From the NCBI GenBank assembly GCA_036172245.1, contig JAYWIR010000026.1, positions 1,116,001 to 1,180,000 on the forward strand: a stretch of DNA of 64,000 bases. The letters are read 5' to 3'. Positions 35,560 through 50,400 of this stretch are shown here, piece by piece. The notes under the pieces are model-generated. The model was not told the DNA's origin and did not search any database. It saw only the letters and a list, made by a program, of their open reading frames with translations. The stretch is from Raillietiella orientalis. Its lineage: Eukaryota. The translations under genes and the position numbers were made by a program. How positions within the stretch are numbered: the stretch's first letter is position 1; each line of letters starts with the position of its first letter.

Positions 35560-38550
35560 CGTCCTATTGCTGTGACACACAGCCCAACATCCTTGGAACG
35601 CCACCGCTCGACCCTGCAATCCTCCTTTCGACGATTAAAGGGGTAGGCAACCGGGCAAAGCACTATCTTATCTACAAAATGCCCGGTCTTCTATTCGCGC
35701 TTAGATCGCTTGCAGTGGCATCTAGCTCCATCGCGGTGCTCACGAAGGAGCACCCTACAAGGATACTCTGAATGTCGGCTCCGTGTTGTCATTCCAGATT
35801 CACCCACGCTCCTGACTGCTATCGATCCACTGAGCTTTCTGCTAGAATATCTTAACAGGGTAATGTTCGATAAATTGTTGATTGGCAGCCGGGAATCGAT
35901 TCCACTGCACTTTTCTGGGGGGAGGCATTTGTAAAGCAACGCTGACCTTTCCTGACCCTTCGACTACCTTTACCATAGCTGAATTCGGTTGCCATTTCAC
36001 CAAACGCCGAACTCTAATGACGGACAATCCTGGTGCCTCGGAAATGCCACCGGCGCAAAAGTGCAATACTCAATATTCTGTAAGGCCCAACGAATCCATA
36101 TGGATGGTGCAAACTCTCATCACTTCTTTGGGATCCGACGGGTAAAAGCAGGAATCACTGGAGAACATCATACGAAAGACGGAAAGGATTTCTTCCGAAT
36201 TCCGACAGATCAAAGTTCCTAATGACGAAATGTCGAAAGATCATTGAAAAGAAATATGCGTTTCCATTTTAAATGAAAATATGTATTTATACATAGATTG
36301 ACAGAGATCATCAAGGTGCTCATATATATGATTATTGTGTTCATTAATATGTTTGTATATCAAGCTTTTCGTTCCCAACGGTGGTCGCAGGCAGCATTCA
36401 CACAACGATCCGTATCGCCGAACGCCGCCTATTGACGGCATCCATGCAACGTTCCATCCCTACCAGACACCGGCTATCATCGGCATCCACGCAACGTTCC
36501 GTCGCTGCTAACGAGTGTTCCGATGGAAGTCTGTAATTTTACTTAGGCAGGTAATCATTGAAGCGATTCTTCCCTTCGGGTGGGAACGCATCTGGTGTGA
36601 AATCATTCATTCATTGCGACTGTAAATGGTTCCTGTTATGAACTGTCTTATTGATTCGTGCTCTCGTGGCAGCAGAGGTACCGAATACGAGTATCTCAGA
36701 ATATATTGTAAAGTTTGACCCTGTCACCATTATGTCGGTACTGATGGAGTAAAGCACGCGACACAACCACCCCGAAAAACGACACTAGCGCAGCTGTTGC
36801 TTCAGCGTGAATTTGTACCGTACGGTGCACGTTTCATTCGCATACAACCCTCGCAAACCTGACCGCTTGGAATAGGTCGGATAAGTTGATACAGCCCTCT
36901 ATAGCTTCCATAGATGCCTCACAACGCCGCCACACGGTGCAGGCGCTTGCAGCGGTGACCTCATCGCGCGAGATGACTCCCATGAGTGCACTCGCGGCCG
37001 CCGGCTGATTGTCAAAGGGGCATGCAATCTTGGACGCGAGCGATCCTTTCAGATGCACACCTGGAGGCTGGAGGCATCCCAGAGTCATCTCTCGGGCGGA
37101 ATCGAAGCCCATAGCGCATCCAAGTCGGCGTGGATTCGCCACTTGTGCGGCACAGGGAAAGAAAAATACCTCGCGCAGCACGTGATAGTCATTTATTAAG
37201 AAGCAAACATGAGAAAGCATTTTTTTCTTGTTTTTACAACACTCCATCTTCAGGATGGATGCTTAGGATAAATCGCTGCATTGTATTCACGATGTTGGAG
37301 CAACAGGAAACAATTTTTGATTTCGGGTACTTCTCAACATTGGGACCGGAAGCTGTCGAAGCTAAGATGAAAAAAAAAGAGTTTCGAAAGAAGATTTCTT
37401 CAGTTGACCAGTATGAGGAGCACTGCTGCGAAGATCCTACATGTACACCTGTGAATGCAGATTGAAATGGTCAGTTTGAATATGCCCTGTGGACGTGAAT
37501 ACGAAGTCTTCCAAATCTACAAGAGAGATACATGTGGCAGTGAACCTGAAGCATGTGTTCCGAAGTAGCAGCGCGTCAGTTCGGAGATGTGTCCTTATTA
37601 AGGTCGTTTTCGAGCAACGAAGACGCCTTTTTCTTGCTGGGGTGGGGAGAGGCAGTGAAGGTTGGCACATTTGGGGTCCACCATTTTGGCTTCCGGGAAA
37701 ACGCGAACGGTGGAAGCAGACAGGATTTCCTACTATAAGTTCTCCTGAAGAGGCCACATCGAATTCACTACTCGTTAGGAATTTTGAAGGTAGGAGAAGA
37801 CGTTAGCAAACTGCAGGATTCCTCTACAGGGACAGAATGGGAAACTCTGAAGTGCGCAGATAACTCAAATCTTCCGAAAAATGTCAGAGGATTCGCAGGA
37901 GAAGATCGCCCGCAGGAATCATAGAGGGATGAAAAAATCTCTCATGGGGAGGATGCATGCGAAAGTGGACCAAGCACGGCGGAGATTCCGGCAGTACTTG
38001 CAGCGTACGAGGGCAAGAAGCTTGCTTAAGCGGACTTTTGAGACCTAAGCGTCCAAGATCACCCGTGGAAAGTCCACGTGGGGTAGACGCCCACGCTTAA
38101 GAAAGCCGCCTGCAGCGTGTGCGCGACTTAAGTTGGAGCGACATCCCTACTCATGAAAGATGCCCAAAGGGAAGGTTCTCCGATGGACAGATTCTGGGTG
38201 CTTTCCATTCAACAAACGCCAACGAGGCGCGGTTTTCAGAGCAGATTTTGCCAATAGCTAAATGGCATCCTTCAATTCCAGAAAGGATACAATACTCTCC
38301 GTGTCCTAAAGGTGGCATTTGGTATCCCCTGAAGAAATGTTGAAGAGGAGCTGAAGCGGAAAGGTACTGCGGAGCTTTCCGTTCAAACCGAAGCACTGAA
38401 GGCGCTTCTAAACGGCAGTTCCATTGGCTGCGAGGAAAAGAGCAAAAGGTTCGCCTCTTGAGTATTGCACGAACTGATCAAAGTGTGGTTACTGCAATGT
38501 CTGCTGACCCACAGACCAAGTTTCCATGCTCCTAGTCAACAACGGCTGCA
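35560..38550. mobile_element. Patchwork of very decayed L1-type RT/endonuclease fragments (also ~52000-55000)
   Basis: Remnants such as PPLDPAILLATIKGVGNR, VVIPDS..IDPLSFLL and MPKGKVLRWTD resemble RT domains 0-2. Confidence 0.4.
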
Positions 38551-39079
38551 GTGCTCCTAGCAATCAGTGGGTCGGTAGTAACGCCGTGCAAGTTCACCTC
38601 GAGACGAGCACAAAAACAGCAAATCTGAATGAAGCGTTTGTCCGGCCGAACATTCTTTGATGAAACGATGATGAAGGCTGAACTCAGCAATCTGATTCGC
38701 CTCCCCGGTCACGAACGAAACCCCGAACGGCCCAAATCTCGAGTGTCGAAATCTCGGATGATCACAAAAAATAAGCATTACGTGTATTCTATGGTTCGCT
38801 GTGTGTAATTAAGATTACGAAAACAATGTGAGTGCTCCTATATCTATATTTATGTACAGTTGAAGCCAGGGATTCATTTCAACATGCATTTCACTATTAT
38901 TTATTTACATGGTTTATTAGTTGTTCATATAGATCGTTAGTTCATAACATAGGTGATAAAAAATAAGCAGATTTGCTTATTTTTTCATACGCAGTCAGAA
39001 GAAATTCAATGGAACATACTGGAAATGTGCCTTCCTCCCACTCCCACTCTTATTTTGTCTCTTTCACTATACTTCCAGA

Positions 39080-41000
39080 TGAGATATGGATGCATCCGAT
39101 GAGAACCCTCAACCGCTCTTGCATCACCGACTCCGTCTTTCAGCATCCGAAGCTCTCTTTGTAGCTCAAGTGGTGCCAGAAATCCCCGTGCCAGTTATGG
39201 AGTGTAGCCAACAGACCTTTGAAATCCACGTGGATATTTCGTAGCTCTTTTTTCTGCAATGTAGAAAAGCACCCATAGCCGATTGGCCAACCATTCAATG
39301 ACTACTTGATGACTGCTGCTCCGATTTCACATCACGCCATTCGGTATTCTGGCCGCAATACAGCGCTGCGTCTTTAGAAATTCGTTACTGATGATGAATT
39401 CAAAAGGCGAGTTAAAGGATCGAAAAGTACCAATATCACTATATTTGTACTTTGAGGATGCTGAAAGAGAAGGAGAAGGCGAACAGTATAGTTTTCGTTG
39501 TACTTTTTCGGCGTGCACAGTCACAGTCACACTTAATGTGCGCTCCGCGTTCTTCACAGTAGGATTCGGATGCAGTCCTTTGGGAAACCCACGTTTGCTT
39601 CCATCCCTGCTGCGCAACCAGAACTGACAACAAGATGAACGATGATGATTTCACACAAAGTGAAGTTCCTCAGCATCACGCATGGGTTGTTTGAACTGAT
39701 GGGCGATGCGGTCTTTACCAACAGCACGCATGCACTTTGAAATCCACAGGAGTGAAGAAAATGTATTTTTTCTAAGAAGCATCCCACGTCGTGAGCAAAT
39801 TACTATTTCCGGTACAGCCATCGTGGTGAATGCAAGCAGACTGAATTTTTCGAGGTGTTCGTGGTCCTTCGCACATCCTCAAACTCCAAGGATTCTATGC
39901 AACGCTCTGTGAGAACCCATTTCCAGTGGCACCTCTTCGTTTGTGCATTCAGGAAATTTCAAATTCCTTTTGCATTCTGGGAAAGGAGCTTTGGAATCGT
40001 AGGGAGGTTGTTTCCGATTGCAGGATGCTATTTGGAAATTTTGCTTCTCCTGCCTTCACAAATAAACTGACGAGTTATGCACGTTGCTATGTACATCCAA
40101 TGAAAGATTAGTGACGTCAATCGGCATCAGTCAGGTACAAAGGTTTTTCATTGAGTACCACGTTGCAATGCAATCGTTTTTCGCTACTATCAGGAATACA
40201 CTTACACTCTTTGGATGTTAATTCTTTGCCCGGAACAATATTCCATGTGGTAAAAATCCATTCAGCATGATAAAATAGATGGTGAAGGAAGGAAGGAGGA
40301 CTGAGTGCGCAGTTCGCTCGCGATTTGAAATTCAGATAGGAAAATGCATCTTCAAAGATACGTCACGTCTCCACCTGCAGCCCGTGGTTACGTAGCACCT
40401 ATCGACATATTGGATACCTACTATGTGCCGTCGTGAAGTCCCTCAAACTCTTCCTTGCGAAATAGGGCATGCCAAAAAAAGAAAATTTATCGCACGTTAA
40501 GAAGATAATGCCGATCATGGGTAACGCGCAGATTGAGCCGTATACTATGTACAGCCAACGAGCTGTCCGCAGCGTGTACTCCGATATAGAAGCTGCATCT
40601 TCGTGTACGATAACAGGGTGGTCTCCTGGATTCTGGCAGACATACCAAGCTTTTCCATGCAGTCGAAAACAGCATACGTTTGAACACAAAAACAAATCAA
40701 AACAGAAGGAGACCAACGTTTTCAACAACCAGCTGCACGCTAATCTATTTTTGTATTGTGCATGCATACAGAAGATGCACAACATTCTGTGTTTGCGTAC
40801 AACGAGGTGGCCAGCTTGTCTGATCAATAGAAGCCTTTCCCCGGTCTTCTTCCTAGAATTCCAGTATTGCTGTCACCAATTGGCTTTTGGGCTGGTCAGC
40901 GTAAGTCTCTTCTCATGGGGGTCACTGCAACCAGCAAATGCTTTCTTAGATAAAGGCTACCGCCGCAATCCTCTTGTAGCGTGCGGACGTCAAGTCCTTT
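39080..41000 (+). mobile_element. Possible decayed CMC/EnSpm-like transposase (also ~55520-57460)
   Basis: ISLYLYFEDAE and TFEHKN loosely resemble the LY.D.xE and RFE.KH motifs. Weak. Confidence 0.25.
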
Positions 41001-42439
41001 CATTTTCCCTTTTGTAGAACCACTTTGTTTCCCTCTGTACACCTGGGATCTGGATGTGTTCTGTTTCCTGGTTTCAGTCGTCCCAGCGGTCATTGATTTT
41101 TGGATGCAACTCTCGTTGTACGGAACAGCTTCGATCGCGCCTAAATTTAACTGTGGGTTTCTTTCATTTTCGTTCTTTTGGTTCCTTAGATGGCTGAGAG
41201 TCTGCCAGAATGGGGAAAATCGTGCAAACGCACGATCCGTGTGTTGTAGCAAACCTTCTGTTTTCAGTACGCAACACAAGAAGTATCTGGAAATGCTCTT
41301 ATATGGGAAGGACTGAGGGTCTAATCTAAAGACAGATGAAACCGCGCTGTCCTTCCTCTAGAGAATTAATGAAAAACCATTTCATTTACTGTCCTTTTGA
41401 GGTCAGCTCAATGCATGGATTTCACCTTAGGATGATTCTTTCACCTGCGCGTAGTAAAAGATGCTCAAATGGCTTGCTGATCAAATTTTTTACAGTCAGC
41501 TGAGAGGTAAGGAAGAGCAGAGTCAGTGTTGGTCATGAAAAGCATCGATCTGTTGTACTTGTCTCTCATCGTTGGTCATCTTTACTTGAGCTATCAAGAT
41601 TCCTCCCGCGGCTAGTCTTGCAAGTAGTCTGCTTCTTCGTCTCCATGTCTCAAGCTCACAATTGGCAGATGTCTGCATGTAATCCCACAGGGAGGCTGCC
41701 AGTGCCAGCACGCAGTGGAAGATGTCTTCCGAATCTGCTTTCTCTTTTTTCAATTTTCCATCCTTTTACAGCCACAGTCACTGCAATTGATTTATGTTTG
41801 TTAAACAAGAAATGGAAGCACATTCTTGTTGATGATGCTGAATGCTGCTTTTCCTAACAACAGGAAGACTTCTTGAGCGCAAGTAGGTCTTTCCATTTTG
41901 ATGCACAACTAAAAATAAAGCACTGTAGAGAAGGTGCATAGGTTTTTTAGATTAAATCACGTGGAAACAACACAGGCCGAATCCACGGTGGAAACAGTTC
42001 TCCTTCTCTATTGAAGGAGACGCTGCCTTCAAAGTAAAGAACTCATCTCTGAATTTCTGCATGAAAGTGATCTTAGCAGCACCTCCTGCCTCATAAGAAA
42101 CGCATAGTTACATGCGTCCTAGCATTTCCTGTTTCTCCACCGTGGTTTCCTGTGCAACCAGCGTAGGAACCCTGTTTCCGAGGCGTTTGCACCCTCTAAC
42201 TGCCTAAGGCGAGGGGAAGATTGGAATCGTTCCCGCGTCTTCTGTTGGGCTTGTACGGTGCCTTGCAGGAAGTTTGGCGTAGACCGTCACTCCTGCGTAC
42301 CGAGGACACTGCCAAAAAGTTTCTGAACCGATTCTCCGCGAGCTGCGGTGTCGAGACATTCGCCGTGATTGCGAGGTCATTCGGCGACTGCGGGCTCTTC
42401 TGTTGTCGTATTTTGTGTATCCTGCAGCGCACGCCGCTA

Positions 42440-43030
42440 CGGACACGGGGACGAGTGAATCCCGCCTGCCTCAGGAGTGGGAAGCGGGAACCGCTCCACC
42501 ACCTCGCTGTTGAGTGTGCTGCCCTCTGATCCTCCTATGAGAGTCTCAGTACCTCCGTACGTATCCAGGTGGTAAGCCAGCCCAGAGACGTATTTCGGCT
42601 TCTGTTCGAGCCAAATGCCCTGCGAGCAACAGCAGCCCCGGCAGCCCTCTGCTGTAACCGAGCGATTGTGACGTGCTGGAGCGAAGTATGAAGACCGAAC
42701 CACGAGAGGGATGCCGTGGAACTTGCATGCCGCTACCTGTTGCTTGCGAACAGACGGTCCCACGTTGGAATTATGCGGATGGACCTCGGGGGCATCCTGA
42801 AACGGATGGACAGTCTTCTCAAGGGATATTCATCCTTTCCCCAACTTCCTAAGTCGCTTCTTTTTTTTTTCTCGCTTTTATTTTTCTTTTTGTTGTTCCC
42901 CAAGCCCCTTCCGCGCCGGTCTGCGTACCGGCGACCCGGCAGGGACCGTTGTGTTGGCTGTAGTGGGACCTAGTGCCACAAATTATGGTGACTTTATAAT
43001 AAAAGCCCAGGCGTGACCGTTGGGCAACGA
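42440..43030 (+). mobile_element. L1/Tx1 ORF2 C-terminus plus 3' UTR, diverged paralog of 24040-24630 (also 58881-59471)
   Basis: GRVNPACLRSGKREPLHHLAVEC and ELACRYLLLANRRSHVGIMRMDLGGILKRMD, then T-rich UTR and AATAAA at 42998. Confidence 0.85.
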
Positions 43031-43470
43031 ACAACTCTTGTTCGTCCGTGTACACAATCGACATCGGACGCCATTTTCCTAATTTACGGAGGTCTCCCCC
43101 CTTGGTAACGAACCTCCAGCTGGCTGACCGAAGCGAGGCGGGAAGATCGCCCTCGTCTCGGATTAGCCGTGTCAAATCGAGTACCGAGGGTGTCAGTTCT
43201 GCGCGAAGCATTGGAAAAACTCCGCGGGCCGGCTCTGCTCCTCTCGCGCCTTACGCCTCTTGCGCCAACTGATACCGGCAAGAATTTCGCCGGTCGTGAA
43301 AGGCTCGTCGAGGCTTTCCTTCCCCTCCTCCCCTATCGGCAAGTCTTCATTCGAGAGCAAACCCCGCGAGGCGTGTCGTTCCGAGGGCGCTTTGGCGTAA
43401 AGGGAGGAAACCAGGTTTCGGCGAAGGATCGACCGATGCCAAAAACGGAGGGTGCGGCGTAGGTTTCGAA
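43031..43470 (-). mobile_element. Antisense RT domain 0-2 fragment, paralog of 24625-24975 (also 59472-59911)
   Basis: LTRLIRDEGDLPASLRSASWRFVTKGGDLRKLGKWRPMSIVYTD. Confidence 0.85.
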
Positions 43471-43499
43471 TCCTCCCGCAAGATGCATCTAATTAGCCA

Positions 43500-44335
43500 T
43501 TTTTTTTTTTTTCCACCCGAGTGTGCCACCGAATTCATTCAAAAGAATGTAACCATTTTCAATCACAACTTTTTCTTGTTGGACCATTGTTCTGATTGCG
43601 TCATTTCTGTACTTCTAACATGCCGTGTTACCGGTTGGCAGACAAGTCTGCACTGCCATGACAACAGAAGGGAAGGATCGAGCAAAATGAAACGGAGACA
43701 AAACAATAAGAAAACAATTTGGGCGGGGAGGATGCGGGAAGGAATCACAGTCTGCTGGGAGCCGTCCTTAATGCATCCTTTGATGGATGCCCGCAAGTTC
43801 TTCCTATATATCAATGTACAGGTGGGGTCACCTGATCGGTATCCGCAAGCAGCGAAAAGCGGAGTGGATGGCGTCCATGTCGTTGGCTCCTCCGCTGACT
43901 TCGCTTCACGAAACCGTGATACCACGAATTCAGGAGGCTCCTCCAAGGACTGAGTCTGGCTTCAGGACGTCGCGCATAAAGGGTAGCCCTATAACGTCTC
44001 CGGCGTTGTCCACGTGAATTTCAAGGGTCGCCATAAAGCGACCCCAATGGATCCAGAGGGAAACACAGTCCACTAGGAGGCGGGAGAGGGATTGCGGTCC
44101 AAGCAATCTCCACAGCGTGGTTCCACACACTACCGTGTTCAAGGATGAAGACGAGTGTTGCACAAGAGACTCCAGTGGAACAGCATCAATGCCGACTCCT
44201 GCTTCTTAGAGGAAAGGTTGCGTGTCTTTATGAGCAACGTAGGCAACAGCAGTCCTCCTTTTGGAATGCCCAGCAGCAAGCTCCAGCTCAGTATTCCGCG
44301 AAATCGACAAAGCGGGATCGCAGCAGCGGGGAGCT
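43500..44335 (-). mobile_element. L1/Tx1 3' fragment ending in poly(A) (also 59941-60773)
   Basis: KQESALMLFHWSLLCN (cf. WQESALLLLHWGLPCN), T-rich UTR, and an A13 run on the minus strand at 43500-43512 (A10 in copy 2). Confidence 0.7.
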
Positions 44336-44442
44336 GGACTACTAGCCCCGTACTTCCCTCTTTCCTGAGATTTCCACAGTAACTACGCATTCTCTCCAGA
44401 GGATGCCGCCAGTGTGTTCTTCAAGGGAGGGAACCGCGGAGT

Positions 44443-47400
44443 CGAGGAAGGGTTAGCCCGCCCGCGCGCTCTTCCCGGGATCTTCCAAAACCTCACGGAG
44501 CGTGCAGTCACGTGCGTCAGGAAACGTGTTCCACACGTGGCTTCTGGATCCTCGCCCAAATTCAAACAGTTTCCTCCAACAGGGCGCAACCGTTTGCGTG
44601 GCGCCAAGAAATTTATCCTTTTTCTCACTGCCATTCTGACCACCTGACGCAGCTGCAGTCCGCGATGTATGACATTGCGTGGGCGGTGCTCAAGTAAAGA
44701 TGTACCACCCTGCCGAAGACTTGCTGTACGGGCAGGTTAGCACCATACTCAGCCCCCAATGTTTTCCAATAGGGCGAGTGCCCTCCACTGGAGCCGGAGC
44801 TCCATTCGCTACATCGTCAGCAGAAATGGTTGCCGTTTTGGCACCCATACCACACATCCTTCAGGCGGACTGGGCACTCCCTTTGCACCAAAGGGTGTTC
44901 CGGAAACCGGATGCCTTCGTTGACAAGTCTGGACTGAAAACTGTCGCTACGGGGTACTTCCATGAAACGAGAAGTACTTCGGTGTTGTTACACTTTAAAT
45001 GCAAGAAAGAAGGCATTCCATCCACTTGCCCAATCGCAGGGACATGACATTTTATAATGCTGTGCACCAGTACCTCCCCACAGTGTGAAGAGGCGCGCTG
45101 CTCTTTTCGGCAGCGAGCCTTCCAAAGATCAAGGGAAGCGTCCTTCCGGGTTCTTATTAGGAGGAACAACAAGGTGCACTTCCCCTCTGTGCGCTGTTCG
45201 CAGTGGAAATAAAGGGTGACACCATATTGATGATCCCTATGGAGAAAGCGGGGAATAGGTTTCCCTATCAAGCGTTAGAGGTGTTGAATTCTGCCTCGCA
45301 AGCCTTCCTGTATTCATAGGTTGCGCCTCCAAGGGTTGCCCCTTGTAACTTAAGGAGTCCCAGAATAATTCTATACCTGATTTAACACATACATTTTGTA
45401 TCAACTCTGGAAAGTGAATTAAAATCTACTTGTATTTATATTACATCGCAAATGTTTTTTATGACAGTCATTCAATATATAATATAGTGACCCCAAATGG
45501 AAATTATTCAAATTCATTCAGAGAACATAGTCAAAAGAAATAGTAAATGTTGAATAATATAACTTGTCAGTATTACAAAATTTAGATTTTTAAGCAATGC
45601 TAGTTAGCAGAAAGTTTCGCTGGGTTATAATAATTGTTTCTGTAAGGAGATGGTAGTCGAGATTGTAAGAATTCAGTGTCATTTTAATGAGCGAAAAGAA
45701 GATCTGAGTGGAACATGGTATAAAGGGAATCTTTAAAATTATGGATTCGTTTAGGGAATAAGTTTGCTGGTCGTATGATTTATCTGAGTATTGGAAGATG
45801 TCTTCAAGTAAGTAAATACTTTATTGTCTACAAGTTGATTTGATATTATTTAGTGTCTGATAGGCAGCATCCGGTGGCGCGGATGGTGACACCGAGCTAG
45901 GCGACCTCAACGAACGAAAGCGAACGGTTTTACAGCATTCGTCGTACGCATACCCCCCCACCCCCAAGAATAGGCACAACTAGGGGGCAAACCCCCCGAG
46001 GATTAACGTCTTAGACTCCTTTCCCACCGTAGGAATTCCCGCGTTTTTCGGGAAGGGGGATCGTGCCCGAGCTGTGGAATTTCTCCACGGATCAGTGCAG
46101 CAGATGGAACAGCGAATGGAGTGAATGCGTTTGGATGCTGGGTTACTACGCATGGATGGAACGAACGAGCAAAAGTCTTGACGCAGCTCTAAGAATTCTC
46201 AGTGCAAAAAAACAGGACGCGGTAGAGAGGAATGGGAAGAGTATGAACGCTGGGAACGTTTAACAAGAGAAATAGCCGGGACGCACACCACCAGGCGCAA
46301 GTGCGGCATCTTGATTGCATCTGGAAGAGAGCTCCCAAACTTCGATTACAAAGCACGGATCAGGAGTGCCGATGTGGGTCGGAAGATCACCACGCAACCA
46401 GGGCAGAACCATGGGCGACAGAAGATGGATGTGCCATTTGCAGTGAGAACTCCCTGCATTTTCCGACAAGAGGGAAATCTGGTACCCAGTTCATACACTT
46501 GAAATTCCGAAGGTGCTTTCAGAGACAGCTGCACATCTTTACATGCTGCGTCAAAGGACCTCTGCGGAGGAGTATGCTTCACGCGACGCAGACTCTCTAA
46601 AAGGATTGGTGCTGAGGAACACATCGCGTAGATAACATCGCAGACAGTGTTTCTCAAGTGATTTTCGGAATATTTCATTCCCTGAGGAGCTGAGTGTCTG
46701 CTTCCAAACTCTTTGTTTTCTTGGAAGTTCATTATTCCTGTGCAGGCAACTCGAGACAGTGGTGTGCAAATTTACGTCGTCATGCTCTGTTCCGTGGGAA
46801 AATGGCGTTTCTTTGCAGTGTACTTCTTGCTGGTATCTGCATTTTATTTTGTCTTTCTCTTCCTTTTCTTGTTGCATTTGTACAACTTTGCCTCAAGAAA
46901 GCGAACCACTAACCAATCGCTTCGGTTGAATGAGTGTTTCGGCAAGGCAGCGTACAGTTCCATCTCACCGATGCAGGATCCTTGCGATAGAAACGCTACT
47001 CAGTAAGAGGGGAGTAACAGGTTCTGTCATTTCGTACACTCTACTGATTAATGAACCACCATCCGCCATGTTCTGTCCAACCGACTTCAATCCCATGGCA
47101 TTCATTGAAATGTCGCTGAAGAGTTTTGCAGACTTCGCGTTCGAGAAGAGGCTGGAGGCTTTGTCGCTTCCGATGTTCATCGTTCCACTCTGAGAACTCC
47201 AATTTCTGTCAAGTGGTCCAAGTCCATGAACGCCAGAATAAGAGTACGATAGTAATTTGAAACCGTACTCGCGACTTTCACACAAACTGCAGGGATTTAA
47301 ACATGCGTTTCGCAGCATCAGAATTGCAAGATGCTTTCCTCACGTTTATGCATCACAGCGGGAAAAACTTCCTCGCTGCCAGCGTCTGCTGTGACTTCAG

Positions 47401-50400
47401 AGTTGTCCAAGAGGAACAGAGGGAGAACGAGAATATCGCTTTTTCCGTACGCGCTTGTTGATGGGCCGTCGAAAGCTCTCGCCGTTGGGTTTGGATAAGA
47501 CGGCGGCATAGGCGAAGACATCAAAGGAAAAAAGCGCCGCCTGCTGGTTGCAACGAAAAGAGATGCCTAGGAAACATGCAGGCTTTCTCTGGTTCCTTTC
47601 GTGTTCCCATCCCGCCGTGCCTGACCGCGGACGGGTGAGTTGACCTTCACTGCCGGTGAAGGTCGCCTAGGTTGCGTGTGTACGGGCATTTCGGAGGACA
47701 GGATGGCGATGGCAGCAGCCGTGAGAGTGCATCCGCATCCAGGATACGCCAAGTGCTTCTCCGGATTACGCAGAAGCGTTCTCTTGTCAAGATGAACCAG
47801 TTGAGGCACAGTTCCCGAGTGAAAAGTGCAAAAGCATTTCAAGAGGATTCTATATCTGACACGCAGATCGGGACATAGAAAGTACCGAAAGGAGAGTGGG
47901 GAGGATGCACTACAAAAACAAAATTACGAAATCCTAGGTAAATGGGGAAGGGTCCTGGCGTATGCTGCGTGTAAGCCGGGATGTATTTATACAATCCGGG
48001 GAAGTACCGCAACGAAAGGGAGAGAGGAATGTGGAAAAACAGCAAGTGAAGGGAGGCAAGGGACGAGGTCCACGGATATCCGCCGTTCCTCATTCCTTCC
48101 GGAAGGGATGCCGGATGTTTGTGATCTCCCTCTTGACTCTCGCTTGGAGGCGAAGTCACCTTGCAGCCTTCCTACTATAGATAACGGCCCTTCTGGTGAC
48201 CTCCCTTCGCGGTCTCTTTTTCTCCATGACGTGACGATGAATGTCCTCGAAGGTGCTACCTCCGCGAGGAACCATCGCCGCAGATCGCGATCAGGGTGTC
48301 AAACTGTTGAAGTCGCATTGATCGGAAACAAGAACTTTCGGACGGTATAGGAGTTCAAAGGCAGGTGCGGGCGTGGACACCACCGACCTGCACCAAGAAT
48401 TCCGATCTAGCATGCAATCTCTGCGGAAACGGAGGTGCGTGCTCCGGTTGCACTGGATTCCGCAGCGCAAGAAAAGCAGCACAGACTCCTTAAAGGAGAT
48501 CAGGAACGCATAGGCGTCCAGGCATCGGGAAGAGACCACACGCTCCTCGGGGACAATCCTCTCCAGTGTACTCCAAAGAAGGATTCCTGTAGCCAGAGAA
48601 CCCGTATTGCCAGCCTCCACCGCCTACTGCCTCCTTTAGGTTACGCAACGCCGACGTAAGAACTACGCATCCTTATGAAGCGTAATCTATCGAAGAGGCC
48701 CGCGCGGAAACGTGGGTCGCACTCGTCTTCCTCCATGGGTCCGCCCTCCGTCCATGATGATCAGTCCTCAGCAGAAAGATCCCAAAGCACCAAAATTACT
48801 CTTAGCACAACTCCGTTTCCATTCATGCCAAACTGAGGGGTCGCATGCGCGTTACGATGCATGGTGGCACTTTGCAGCCGCTGGGCTCTCTCGTTTACGT
48901 TTGTTCCCACCGCGATTTGCACGGAGGGCCACCACAGGTGCAGAGCGAAATTCGGTTCGCGTTTGCGGAAAGGTCGCGGCGCGCAATTACACGTAGAAGC
49001 AAATATCACAGTTTTCTTCCAGACAGAATGTTGGGCCTACCAGGACCAAACGAATGACCTCAAGCGACCGCTTTTCGTTGACAGAAGCCCGTTTTCTGCC
49101 ACCACGCCTGGAAACAATTCGGTGTTCGACCGATTCATCATTCAAACCCTGACGGGAGGCTGCACTCTGAATGCCGCCGTGGGAGGCAATTTCAACACTG
49201 CTGTTCTAACCACTCCCAATTTCCCAGCCAACTTCCCTGCGAACACAGTATGCGTTCTGGAGCTTCAGGTAAGAGGATCCTCCCCAACTGAAGACTTGCT
49301 GACCTCCTCCCTCAACTCAGCCTCAGAATCCATGGGTGTCTCCGGAGAATGTCTTCGGAGTTTTCTCAGCCACTTTCGCGCTCGGAGCGGGTGGTGTGCT
49401 CACCCTTGAGGACACTCTGCGTGTGAGACAGTGAGGTTCCCTCCACCGCCATTTCTTTCCTTGGATAGTTAGGGGATTCTCTTGGGAACTAGCAGTTGAA
49501 AAGAATTGCTTTCTTTCGGAAGACGCAAAACGGATTTCCTTCTTTTCCAGAGTTCGAGTCATTGGGGATCTTCCGGGGTTCCCGAACATCGCACTCTTTC
49601 TGCCCGGGAGGATCACTTTCCAAGGGGTTGTGGCTGCTGCAGGTTTCCAGCTCACCCTGAGCACTGTGAGAAACGCTTACCAAGTCACGTCTGCCTGGAG
49701 AACCCATCAGACCACCATCTCCGCAAGCATGGTGCAAAGTCTTCCGATTCCACAGCAGTTTCTCTCTCTACTGGTCAGGGTACGTTCAATTCCCCAGCGC
49801 GTCCCTCAGGCGCTATAGCGTTGGAAACGCGCGTTTCGCGTGAGCACTGAACAAAACGCCACGCTCATATTCCATGGGAAACGTGGGTCAAAGGACACTT
49901 CGCTGCAGGGCATCCTTCATCGAAATCCCGAACTCCGAAATCTCCAAACTAAAAGTTTCAAAAGACTAGAAAAATAAACGCAGGTGCATATCATATACGT
50001 TAATATGGGAAATTCTATACTTGTAAATATGTACAAACATATATAATGTTAAGATGTTCAGTATACATCACCAAGATTAGTGTTGGTTTATTGGAGATCC
50101 GTAACATATATTGCTCCATTTATTTATCAAAATCAATATTACCTTATCCATTGAACGCATCTGTTTATTTTTCATATTCTTTGAAAAATCATATTCGAGC
50201 TTATATTCTCTTATGTCTTAATGCATGTTAATATGTATGGACTAGTGGGAAAGTTTATTTTACATACGTATTGAACTGTATCGATGTACAGATCATATAC
50301 AGTAATGTTATTTCAACGTATACCTTCCTGAGTACTTCCAAGCATGCATGTTATGGATACAACTTACAATACAAGGCTAAGTATATGAACTGTTCGTTAG

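Larger units (their letters stand above)
27971..44442. repeat. ~16.4-kb tandem segmental duplication, copy 1
   Basis: The ORF set recurs at offsets 16472 (28207/44679), 16444 (32417/48861) and 16438 (44139/60577). Confidence 0.97.

Noticed and set aside
36435..36500. Short direct repeat CGGCATCCAYGCAACGTTCC x2
   Set aside because: Only two copies and no associated structure.
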